From: Clostridiaceae bacterium
GTDB taxonomy: Bacteria; Bacillota; Clostridia; TANB77; CAG-508
Assembly: GCA_012513065.1 (NCBI GenBank)
Contig: JAAZCX010000021.1
Coordinates: forward strand, 1-61,574
DNA length: 61,574 nt
Direction: 5' to 3'
Numbering within the stretch: position 1 is the first letter of the stretch; each line of letters starts with the position of its first letter. Shown here one piece after another: positions 48,282-57,325 of this stretch. A program made the position numbers and the translations under genes. The notes below the pieces were generated by a model. It saw nothing but the letters and a program-made list of their open reading frames with translations, ran no database searches and had not been told where the DNA came from.

Positions 48282-48358
48282 TGGCGACCTGGAACGGGCT
48301 CGAACCGTCGACCTCTAGCGTGACAGGCTAGCGTTCTAACCAACTGAACTACCAGGCC
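48282..48358 (-). tRNA. tRNA-Asp (GTC)
   Basis: GGCCTGGTAGTTCAGTTGGTTAGAACGCTAGCCTGTCACGCTAGAGGTCGACGGTTCGAGCCCGTTCCAGGTCGCCA. Confidence 0.96.
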
Positions 48359-48396
48359 ATAAAATAAAAAAATTTAGTAAAACTAAATTTAAAAAA

Positions 48397-48472
48397 TGGT
48401 GGTCGCTATAGGGCTCGAACCTATGACCCCCTGCTTGTAAGGCAGATGCTCTCCCAGCTGAGCTAAGCGACC
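48397..48472 (-). tRNA. tRNA-Val (TAC)
   Basis: GGTCGCTTAGCTCAGCTGGGAGAGCATCTGCCTTACAAGCAGGGGGTCATAGGTTCGAGCCCTATAGCGACCACCA. Confidence 0.96.
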
Positions 48473-48626
48473 AAGTCTTTCGACGAGATTAAGTATACAA
48501 GATTTTAAAATAAATGTCAATACTTATTTTTAATTTTTTTACAAAAATTTTAAAATATATAAAAATCGTAAAAAGAGTTGATTTTTTAATTAAAATGTGA
48601 TAATATAAATAAGCTTATAGCAAATA

Positions 48627-48675
48627 CCTTATACTTAGTTTGAGGAAAAAATACCTACTTTAACTCAGTTTAAGG
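48627..48675 (+). promoter_or_regulatory. Putative S15 (rpsO) leader RNA structure
   Basis: CCTTATACTTAGTT pairs imperfectly with AACTCAGTTTAAGG around an inner AGG/CCT hairpin, just before the rpsO RBS. Confidence 0.5.
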
Positions 48676-48702
48676 CAAATATAAAATATAGGAGGTGTAA
48701 TT

Positions 48703-48966
48703 ATGACTAAAGAAACAAAACAACAAATCATTAATACTTATAAAAGAGATGAAAAAGATACTGGTTCACCAGAAGTTCAAGTAGCACTTTTAACACAAAG
48801 AATTAATGAATTAACAGAACACTTAAAAATACACAAAAAAGACAATCATTCAAGAAGAGGACTTTTAAAAATGGTTGGTGCAAGACGTAGCTTATTAAAA
48901 TATTTAAGTGAAAGAGATGTTCAAAGATATAGAGATATCGTTGAAAAATTAGGATTAAGAAAATAA
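48703..48966 (+). CDS. rpsO: 30S ribosomal protein S15
   Basis: [13 protein letters not shown]...[14 protein letters not shown]. Confidence 0.98.
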   Translation: MTKETKQQIINTYKRDEKDTGSPEVQVALLTQRINELTEHLKIHKKDNHSRRGLLKMVGARRSLLKYLSERDVQRYRDIVEKLGLRK

Positions 48967-49030
48967 AAACAATCAGGACGTTTTGCTAAATAGAGTAAAA
49001 CGTCCAATTTTTAAAACTAAGATATTTTAT

Positions 49031-49116
49031 TCGATACTTTGAATTAGGAGGTAGCTTGTACAATATATTATTTATTATGATACATTGTAGAGGTTACAAC
49101 TAACGAAGAGTATTGA
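49031..49116 (+). promoter_or_regulatory. Long imperfect stem-loop in the pnp 5' leader
   Basis: TCGATACTT/GAGTATTGA outer stem and GTAGCTTGTACAAT/ATTGTAGAGGTTAC inner stem. Confidence 0.55.
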
Positions 49117-49166
49117 TTGAAATAAATATAACATGTGGCAAGAAAATTGCCGAAAGGAGAATATTT

Positions 49167-51302
49167 ATGTTTAAAACATATTCAACAGAGTTAGCAGGAA
49201 GAAAATTAACAATTGAGACAGGAAAAATTGCAGAACTTGCAAATGGAAGTGTAATGGTTCGTTATGGAGATACTGTAGTAATGGTAAATGTTACTGCATC
49301 TAAAGAACCAAGAGATGGAATCGATTTCTTTCCATTATCAGTAGATTATGAAGAAAAATTATATGCAGTAGGAAAAATACCAGGAAGTTTCTTAAAAAGA
49401 GAAGGAAAACCAGCAGATAAAGCAATATTAACATCAAGAGCTATAGATAGACCTTTAAGACCTTTATTTCCAAAAGATTTTAGAAATGATGTATGCGTTG
49501 TAGCAACAGTATTATCAGTAGAACAAGATAATAGTCCAGAAGTTTGTGCAATGATAGGATCTGCAGCAGCACTTGCAATTTCTGATATTCCATTTGGAGG
49601 ACCAACAGCAGCTGTAAATGTAGGATACGTAGATGGACAAGTTGTAATAAATCCAACAGTAGAGCAAAGAGAAAAATCAAGATTAACATTAACAGTAGCT
49701 GCAACTGAAGCAAAAATAACAATGATAGAAGCAGGTGCAGATGAAATACCAAATGACACAATGTTAGAAGCTATAAAAACAGCACATATTGAAATCAAAA
49801 ATATTTGTAAATTCATAAAAGAAATACAAGAAGATATAGGAAAAACAAAATTTGAATATAAATCTTTTGGAGTAGATCCAGAATTCTTTGAAGAAATAAG
49901 AAAAGAATTCAAAGATAGAATGTATAAAGATGTGCAAGCAGCAGATAAAGAGACACGTGACGCAAATATGGAAAAAATAACACAAGCTATAACTGAATAT
50001 GTTGTATCAAAATATGGAGAAGAGGAAGCAACTACAAGAAAACAAGATATAGCAGATACAGTACATGACTTAGAAAAAGAATGTGTAAGAGAAATGATAT
50101 TTGTAGAACATAAACGTCCTGATGGAAGAAAAATAGATGAATTAAGACCACTTTCATGTGAAGTAGCAGTATTACCAAGAGTACATGGTAGTGCAATATT
50201 TACAAGAGGTCAAACACAAGCAATGTCAATTGCAACATTAGGAATGAAAAGTGAAGCACAAATGTTAGATGGTGTTGATGAAGAAACAGGAAAAAGATAT
50301 ATGCATCATTATAACTTCCCATCATATTCAGTAGGAGAAGCTAGACCTTCTCGTGGACCTGGAAGAAGAGAAGTAGGACATGGAGCATTAGCAGAAAAAG
50401 CATTAGTTCCAGTATTACCATCAGAAGAAGAATTTCCATATGCAATAAGAGTTGTATCAGAAATTTTATCTTCAAATGGTTCAACATCACAAGCAAGTAT
50501 TTGTGGAAGTACTTTAGCATTGATGGATGCAGGGGTTCCAATTAAAAGACCAGTAGCTGGTATTTCAACAGGATTAGTTACAAACAAAGAAAAACCAGAT
50601 GAATATGTAATGCTTACAGATATACAAGGTATAGAAGATTTCTTTGGAGATATGGACTTTAAAGTAGGTGGAACTAAAGAAGGAATTACAGCTATACAAG
50701 TTGATATAAAATGTGATGGATTAACATATGATATAATTGAGCAAGCTTTTGAAAGAACAAAAGTAGCAAGAGATTATATATTAGATGAAATAATGGCACC
50801 AGTATTAGCTGCTCCAAGAACAGAAATTTCAAAATATGCACCAAAAATAATTACAACAACAATATCTGTAGACAAAATAAAAGATGTAATCGGACCTGGT
50901 GGAAAAATGATAAACAAAATTATTGATGAAGCAAACGGAGTAAAAATTGATATAGAAGAAGACGGAAGAGTTTGTATATATGCAACAGAAGGACAAGATG
51001 GACAAAAAGCTTTAAAAATGATTAAAAATATTGTAAAAGAAATAGAAGTTAATGAAATTTATGATGGAAAAGTTACAAAATTAATGAATTTCGGAGCATT
51101 TGTTGATATTGGAGGAGGAAAAGAAGGATTACTTCATATATCAAAAATATCAAGCAAAAGAGTAGAAAAAGTTGAAGATGTATTAGCCGTTGGAGATGAA
51201 GTTACAGTTAAAGTAATTGAAATTGATAATCAAGGAAGAATTAACTTAAGTATGAAAGAATTAGAAGCGAATAATACTGAATCTGAATCAAAAGAACAAT
51301 AA
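49167..51302 (+). CDS. pnp: Polyribonucleotide nucleotidyltransferase
   Basis: FFPLSVDYEE, RPDGR, RREVGHG, DMDFKVGG, KH and S1 domains; ATG after AAAGGAG chosen. Confidence 0.98.
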   Translation: MFKTYSTELAGRKLTIETGKIAELANGSVMVRYGDTVVMVNVTASKEPRDGIDFFPLSVDYEEKLYAVGKIPGSFLKREGKPADKAILTSRAIDRPLRPLFPKDFRNDVCVVATVLSVEQDNSPEVCAMIGSAAALAISDIPFGGPTAAVNVGYVDGQVVINPTVEQREKSRLTLTVAATEAKITMIEAGADEIPNDTMLEAIKTAHIEIKNICKFIKEIQEDIGKTKFEYKSFGVDPEFFEEIRKEFKDRMYKDVQAADKETRDANMEKITQAITEYVVSKYGEEEATTRKQDIADTVHDLEKECVREMIFVEHKRPDGRKIDELRPLSCEVAVLPRVHGSAIFTRGQTQAMSIATLGMKSEAQMLDGVDEETGKRYMHHYNFPSYSVGEARPSRGPGRREVGHGALAEKALVPVLPSEEEFPYAIRVVSEILSSNGSTSQASICGSTLALMDAGVPIKRPVAGISTGLVTNKEKPDEYVMLTDIQGIEDFFGDMDFKVGGTKEGITAIQVDIKCDGLTYDIIEQAFERTKVARDYILDEIMAPVLAAPRTEISKYAPKIITTTISVDKIKDVIGPGGKMINKIIDEANGVKIDIEEDGRVCIYATEGQDGQKALKMIKNIVKEIEVNEIYDGKVTKLMNFGAFVDIGGGKEGLLHISKISSKRVEKVEDVLAVGDEVTVKVIEIDNQGRINLSMKELEANNTESESKEQ

Positions 51303-51458
51303 AAATAATATAATAAGAATAGCTTATGTAAAAATGTACATAGCTATTCTTATTAAAACTAAAGCAAAAACTCAATTATTATAAAAGTTGCAAAAATTAA
51401 CGAGAAATAGTATAATAACAATTGTATAAAATAAAATGATAAAGATGGGGAGTATAAA

Positions 51459-52688
51459 ATGGATTATATATATATATTGCAACAAGCATTAGTTTGGATA
51501 GTAACTATATTTTGGTTATATCAAATTATCATAAGTATATGTTCTTTAGTAAAATTTAAAGATAAACCTATTTTAGAAGATAAAGAAAATAGGTTTATGA
51601 CAATTATTCCAGCACACAATGAAGCAGCAGTAGTAGGAAATTTAGTAGAAAGCTTAAAAAAACAAAATTATTCTAAAGAATTGTATGATATTTATGTAAT
51701 AGCTGATAACTGTACAGATAATACAGCCGAAGTAGCAAGAAAAGCAGGGGCTATAGTATTTGAAAGATTTGATGAAAGCAAGAAAACAAAAGGATTTGCA
51801 CTTCAATGGTTTTTAGCACAAAAAATACAAGAAAACGCACCATATGATGCATTTTGTATTTTCGATGCTGACAATATAGTTGATGTTAATTTCTTAAAAG
51901 CTATGAATAAAAAATTATGCCAAGGTGAAAATGTAGTACAAGGATATCGTGATATTAAAAACCCAACAGATAATTGGATAACAGCAGGCTATGCAATATT
52001 CTATTGGACTATGAATAGATTTTACCATTTAGCAAGATATAATTTAGGATTATCACCATTATTAAATGGTACTGGATTTATGGTTAGATTTGATCTTATA
52101 AAACCAACAGGATGGGATACAAAAACATTAACAGAGGATATAGAATTTTCATTAAAAAATATTATAAATGGTAAAAAACTTGGATGGGCAACAGATGCTA
52201 TAGTTTATGATGAACAACCAACAGGATTTAAACAATCTTGGTCTCAGAGAACAAGATGGACAGTTGGACATATTCAATGTATGAAAGAATATACAGGTTT
52301 ATTAGCATTAGCAGTAAAAGAAAAGAAAACATTAATGAATTTTGATGGATTACTATATATATTAGGAAGTATTCCAATGTTTATAATTACAATCGTACTA
52401 TTATTATTAAATTTTGTAATGTATTTTGGAAATGAAATGAATTTACAAGAATTATTAATAAACTGCTTACGTTATTTAATACCTACATTTGTATTACCAA
52501 TACTTACAGCAATATTAATCATGGTATTAGATAAAAAACAAATAAAACCAATGATTAAGGGATTAATATTTTATCCATTATTTTTAGGTTCATGGCTATT
52601 AATTAACTTTAAATGTTTATTTGTAAGAAATACAAAATGGGAAAAAATAGAACATGTTAGAGATATTAAAATTAAAGATGTAAATTAA
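51459..52688 (+). CDS. Glycosyltransferase family 2, processive membrane type
   Basis: IIPAHNE, DADN, LTED, QRTRW; flanking TM helices. Confidence 0.9.
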   Translation: MDYIYILQQALVWIVTIFWLYQIIISICSLVKFKDKPILEDKENRFMTIIPAHNEAAVVGNLVESLKKQNYSKELYDIYVIADNCTDNTAEVARKAGAIVFERFDESKKTKGFALQWFLAQKIQENAPYDAFCIFDADNIVDVNFLKAMNKKLCQGENVVQGYRDIKNPTDNWITAGYAIFYWTMNRFYHLARYNLGLSPLLNGTGFMVRFDLIKPTGWDTKTLTEDIEFSLKNIINGKKLGWATDAIVYDEQPTGFKQSWSQRTRWTVGHIQCMKEYTGLLALAVKEKKTLMNFDGLLYILGSIPMFIITIVLLLLNFVMYFGNEMNLQELLINCLRYLIPTFVLPILTAILIMVLDKKQIKPMIKGLIFYPLFLGSWLLINFKCLFVRNTKWEKIEHVRDIKIKDVN

Positions 52689-52770
52689 TTAAAGATGATA
52701 ATAAAAAATAAAACCATTTATATGGTTTTATTTTTTGCATTAATATAGTATATATATTATCTATATAAAA

Positions 52771-53490
52771 TTATAGTTCTCTTTCTTCTTTAGTATTACT
52801 AATACTATTTTGTAATGTTTCAATATTTTTATTTATTCCTGATACAATAGATTGTTTAATTAGTTTTTCTAGATGAATTGGTTCAGGAGAGAATTCATTA
52901 GGTAATGCTGCTAAAACAAATTTATCACGAATACTAAATTGGGTAATTTTTTCACGACCATTAACAATTTCAGTTTTTCTTGATAATTGATCTAATAAAA
53001 ATCCTAAATCCATAGAAAAACCGTGTTCTTTAGAAAATTGGTTTGCAAAAGTTAAAGTTGTTCTAGTGTTCCCATCACGGAAAGGATGTATTTTCCAAAA
53101 TTGAGTAATGTATTTAGTAAATGTAACTGTTTTTTCATCTAGTGAAAGAGAATTCCAATCAGTATTATTAAGTTTTTCTAAGCACTCACTAAGTTCTTTT
53201 TCAATTTTTTCATGTTTTGTATAATCAAGGCTAAGGCCAGGAATTACTATTTCTTCTTTTATAATTGGAACCTCTCTAAAAGTACCTGCCCAATCAAAAA
53301 TATCTTCAAATATATGTTTATGAATAGATTTGATAAAAGAAATATCAAAATTTCTATGAAGTAGAGTACTACTGTTAATTAATTTTGAAAAAGTAATATC
53401 TTTTTCTGCTGAGTTTAATTCGTCATAGTTAGCAATACCAAGTTTATTTTTTAATATTCCATTTTCTTGTATATAAGGATCTTTATCCAT
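52771..53490 (-). CDS. Fic-domain toxin
   Basis: MDKDPYIQENGILKNKLGI N-terminus, HKHIFEDIFDWAGTFR, HPFRDGNTRT; start overlaps the upstream small gene. Confidence 0.9.
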   Translation of the reverse strand: MDKDPYIQENGILKNKLGIANYDELNSAEKDITFSKLINSSTLLHRNFDISFIKSIHKHIFEDIFDWAGTFREVPIIKEEIVIPGLSLDYTKHEKIEKELSECLEKLNNTDWNSLSLDEKTVTFTKYITQFWKIHPFRDGNTRTTLTFANQFSKEHGFSMDLGFLLDQLSRKTEIVNGREKITQFSIRDKFVLAALPNEFSPEPIHLEKLIKQSIVSGINKNIETLQNSISNTKEEREL

Positions 53491-53689
53491 TGTGTTCACC
53501 GCCTTTTTTATATAAAGCAATAATCTTTTTTTGAACTTCTTCTATTTCAGAGATACCATCAACATATTCTTTAACAATTTTTAATACTTTATCACTAGGA
53601 AAATCAGTGCCAGTAATAGAAATTGCTAAAGCATTCTTTACTATTTCTTTTCTTTGTTCTCTAGTTGTGTTTTTAATTGATAAATCCAT
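53483..53689 (-). CDS. VbhA/FicA-like antitoxin
   Basis: 68 aa, overlaps the fic start by 8 nt; NALAISITG...KEYVDG...EEVQKKII helical pattern. Confidence 0.7.
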   Translation of the reverse strand: MDLSIKNTTREQRKEIVKNALAISITGTDFPSDKVLKIVKEYVDGISEIEEVQKKIIALYKKGGEHNG

Positions 53690-53815
53690 ATTTTTCCTCT
53701 TTCTTATATAATCATAAATATATTATAACATTAATAAAATGATAAATCAATTATAGACTTTTTTTATACGTAATGTTATAATAACAAATATATTAAATAA
53801 ATTAGGAGAGAAAAT

Positions 53816-54649
53816 ATGAGTAAAGTTAAAGTGTTTGCTTTTGTAGGACCATCTGGTACAGGAAAAAGTTATAGAGCACAAATGGTAGCAGGAGAAAACA
53901 ATATTTCATATATAATAGATGATGGTTTACTTATTAATGAAAACGAAGTAGTAGCGGGAGAATCTGCTAAAAAAGCACCTACTAAAATAGAAACAGTAAA
54001 ACATGCAATATTTATTGATGAAAAAGAAAAAAAAGAAATGCAAAAAGCAATAAAAAAATATAAACCAGAGTCAATTTTAATATTGGGAACTTCAGATGGA
54101 ATGGTGGCTAAAATTGCAGAAAATCTAGCATTACCTAAAATAGAAAAAACTATTTATATAGAAGAAGTAGCAACAGAAGCAGAAATAAAAACAGCAAGAA
54201 ATATTAGAGTAACTCAAGGTAAACATGTTATACCAGTTCCTACTTTTGAAATAAAAAAAGATTTCTCAGGATATATATTAGATCCTCTTCAAATATTTAA
54301 GTCAAAAGGAAGTGGAAATAAACCTTATATTTCAGAAAAATCAATTATAAGACCAACATTTAGTTATCTTGGTAATTTCACTATATCAGATACTGTATTT
54401 CGCCAAATAATAGAATATCTAGCAAAAAAAGAACAAGGAATATCAAAAATAATTCGTACAAGAGTAGAAAATTATGGAGAAGGACCTTCAATTTACATGG
54501 AAGTATCAGTGATTTATGGACATAATGTTATGGAAGAATTACAATCTTTTAAAGAAAGAAGTGTAAGAGAAATAGAAAAGTTAACTACAATGAATGTGCA
54601 AAAAATAACTGTAATCGCTAAAACAATTGAAATGCCAAACAATGAATAA
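53816..54649 (+). CDS. P-loop ATP-binding protein fused to an Asp23/Gls24 domain
   Basis: FVGPSGTGKS; C-terminal GNFTISD...VSVIYG...EKLTTMNV..ITV. Confidence 0.8.
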   Translation: MSKVKVFAFVGPSGTGKSYRAQMVAGENNISYIIDDGLLINENEVVAGESAKKAPTKIETVKHAIFIDEKEKKEMQKAIKKYKPESILILGTSDGMVAKIAENLALPKIEKTIYIEEVATEAEIKTARNIRVTQGKHVIPVPTFEIKKDFSGYILDPLQIFKSKGSGNKPYISEKSIIRPTFSYLGNFTISDTVFRQIIEYLAKKEQGISKIIRTRVENYGEGPSIYMEVSVIYGHNVMEELQSFKERSVREIEKLTTMNVQKITVIAKTIEMPNNE

Positions 54650-54673
54650 ATTAAGTGAAAGGAATAAAATAAT

Positions 54674-55345
54674 ATGTCATTTATAGTAGCAATGGATGGA
54701 CCAGCTGGTACAGGAAAAGGAACAATAACAAGTTTGTTATCAAAAGAAATGGAACTTGTAAATATTGATACTGGAGCAACATATAGATGTGTTGCATTGT
54801 ATGCAGTTAAAAATGGTATACAATTAGAAGAAAAAGAAAGAATAATAGATTCATTAAAAGACATTAATATAGATATGAAAAATGAAGAAGGAACTCAAAA
54901 AGTATATTTAAATGGAGAAGATGTTACAAAAGAAATTAGAAGTAAGGAAGTTACTAAAATAGTATCTCAAATATCATCAATAAAAGAAGTTAGATTTGCG
55001 ATGGTTGAAGTTCAAAGAAAATTAGCAAAAGGAAAAGATGTAATTATGGAAGGAAGAGATATAACTACATATGTATTCCCAAATGCTAATGTAAAGATTT
55101 ACTTAGATGCTAAAGAAGAAGAAAGAGCAAAAAGAAGATATATTGAAAACCAAGAAAAAGGTATAGAAATGACATATGAAGAAGTACTTGAAAATATTCG
55201 TAAAAGAGATAAAAACGATAGAGAAAAAGAAATGGGAGCACTAAAAATAGCAGACGATGCAGAATATATCGATACTACTAATTTGAAAATAGAAGAAGTA
55301 AAAGATAAAGTAAAAGAAATTATATTAAGAAAAAGAGGAAAATAA
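54674..55345 (+). CDS. cmk: Cytidylate kinase
   Basis: MDGPAGTGKGT, DTGATYR, MEGRDI, RDKNDRE. Confidence 0.95.
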   Translation: MSFIVAMDGPAGTGKGTITSLLSKEMELVNIDTGATYRCVALYAVKNGIQLEEKERIIDSLKDINIDMKNEEGTQKVYLNGEDVTKEIRSKEVTKIVSQISSIKEVRFAMVEVQRKLAKGKDVIMEGRDITTYVFPNANVKIYLDAKEEERAKRRYIENQEKGIEMTYEEVLENIRKRDKNDREKEMGALKIADDAEYIDTTNLKIEEVKDKVKEIILRKRGK

Positions 55346-55346
55346 A

Positions 55347-55946
55347 GTGAAAAAATTCTTAAAAGACATTTTGAAAATTATAGTTAAAGGTGCGATTTTT
55401 ATATATTGTAAAATTGTACATAGAGTAAAGATAGAAGGAACAGAAAATATTCCAAAAGAAGGATCTATAATTTTTTGTGGAAATCATAGAACTTTTTTAG
55501 ATCCACCATTAATGGAAGTAACAGCTAAAAGAGAATGTCGTTTTTTAGCAAAGGAAAGTTTGTATAAAAATCCTTTTCTTGCATTTTTAGGATGGATATT
55601 TGAAGCAATTCCAGTAAAAAGAGATTCAAAAGATGTAACAGCAATAAAGGTTTCTTTAAAAACCTTAAAAAAGGGAGATTGCATTGCATTATTTCCAGAA
55701 GGAACTAGAAACGGATTAGCAAAAGGAGAAAAAGTAAAAGATGGAGCAGCATTTTTTGCAATTAGAACTGGAGCAAAAGTTATACCAGTAGGAATTTCTG
55801 GAGAAACAAAAGCCTTTTTAAAGGTAATAATTAGATATGGAAAACCAATAGAATATGGTCAATACAAAAATGCAGAAGATGAAAAACAAGCTTTAGAAAC
55901 AGTAACAGAAGATATTATGACAAAAATAATGGAATTAACAAAATAA
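55347..55946 (+). CDS. plsC: 1-acyl-sn-glycerol-3-phosphate acyltransferase
   Basis: NHRTFLDP, FPEGTR. Confidence 0.9.
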   Translation: MKKFLKDILKIIVKGAIFIYCKIVHRVKIEGTENIPKEGSIIFCGNHRTFLDPPLMEVTAKRECRFLAKESLYKNPFLAFLGWIFEAIPVKRDSKDVTAIKVSLKTLKKGDCIALFPEGTRNGLAKGEKVKDGAAFFAIRTGAKVIPVGISGETKAFLKVIIRYGKPIEYGQYKNAEDEKQALETVTEDIMTKIMELTK

Positions 55947-56042
55947 TATAAAAGAATATAAAAAAGAGTATACCCAAGTAATATATTATATTTGGAAATA
56001 GTATATTACTTGGGACTTTTTGTAATTTTTAGTAAAATTATG

Positions 56043-56071
56043 TTGACAATAAAATTAGATTGCTATATAAT
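56043..56071 (+). promoter_or_regulatory. Consensus SigA promoter
   Basis: TTGACA-N17-TATAAT. Confidence 0.85.
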
Positions 56072-56145
56072 AAAATAGTTAATTAATAATATAATGAGCA
56101 TATAGTAAATATATGTCTTTTTAATTTTTGTGATAAGGTGAAAAT

Positions 56146-57243
56146 ATGAAAGAAGAAAAAGAAATATCTTTTGAAGAATTATATAAAGAATCTTTAAAAG
56201 ATACAAAGCTAGAAAAAAGCGTAACTGGAAAAATAATTAGTATTACAAATCAGGGAGAAATTTTTGTAGATATTAATTATAAAGCAGATGGAATTATTCC
56301 TAAAAAAGAATATAGTAATGATGAAAATGCAAATCCAAAAGATGAATTTAAAATTGGAGATCTTATAACTGCTGATGTATTAAAGAAAAATGATGGATTA
56401 GGAAATGTTCTACTATCTTATAAAAAGGCAAAAGTAAGAGAGTCTAAAAAAGAATTTGAAAAAATAGTAAAAGAAAATAAAATTATTGAAGCTGAAATAT
56501 CACAAATTAATGAAAAAGGATTAATTGTTATAGTAGATAGTATACGTGTATTTATACCAATATCACTATCAGGAATTCCGAGAGGTGAAGATATAAATAC
56601 ATATAAAAATAAAAAAATAAGATTCCGCATTACTGAATATGATCCAAAGACAAATAAAGTAATAGGATCAGTACGTAGTGTATTAGATGAAGAAAAAGGC
56701 AAAGAGCAAGATGAATTTTGGGAAAATGCACAAATAGGAAAAGAATATGAAGGAATAGTAGCAAGCTTAAGTTCGTATGGAGCATTTATTGATTTAGGTG
56801 CTATACAAGGATTATTACATGTTTCAGAAATATCATGGGATCGAAATGTGAAACCAGATGAAATTCTAAAGCAAGGAGAAAAAATAAAAGTTTCAATTAT
56901 TGAAATGGATAAAGAAAATAAACGTATAAAATTGAGCTATGGAGACAAAGGACCAAATCCTTGGACTAAAGCAGAAAACAAGTATCACATAGGAGATATA
57001 ATAAAAGTAAAAGTTGTAAAAATAATGCCTTTTGGAGTGTTTGTAGAATTAGAATCTGGAATTGAGGGACTAGTTCACATTTCTCAAATTGCAGAAAGAA
57101 AAATAAGTAAACCAGATGAAGAACTAAAAATTAATCAATATGTAAATGCTAAAATTATTGATATGGATTTAGAACAAAAAAGAATTGAATTATCAATAAA
57201 AGAATTAGAAGAAACTTCAAACGAATATAAAGAAGAAATTTAA
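56146..57243 (+). CDS. rpsA: Ribosomal protein S1-like protein (four S1 domains)
   Basis: Repeated GAFIDLG..QGLLHVSEISW / GVFVEL..GIEGLVHISQI motifs after cmk-plsC. Confidence 0.85.
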   Translation: MKEEKEISFEELYKESLKDTKLEKSVTGKIISITNQGEIFVDINYKADGIIPKKEYSNDENANPKDEFKIGDLITADVLKKNDGLGNVLLSYKKAKVRESKKEFEKIVKENKIIEAEISQINEKGLIVIVDSIRVFIPISLSGIPRGEDINTYKNKKIRFRITEYDPKTNKVIGSVRSVLDEEKGKEQDEFWENAQIGKEYEGIVASLSSYGAFIDLGAIQGLLHVSEISWDRNVKPDEILKQGEKIKVSIIEMDKENKRIKLSYGDKGPNPWTKAENKYHIGDIIKVKVVKIMPFGVFVELESGIEGLVHISQIAERKISKPDEELKINQYVNAKIIDMDLEQKRIELSIKELEETSNEYKEEI

Positions 57244-57325
57244 AATAAAAAATAAAATAGAAGGGATGTTTTATTCCGGATAAGGAATAAAGACGTCCCT
57301 TTGCCAAGAAAAAGAGGGAAATGAA

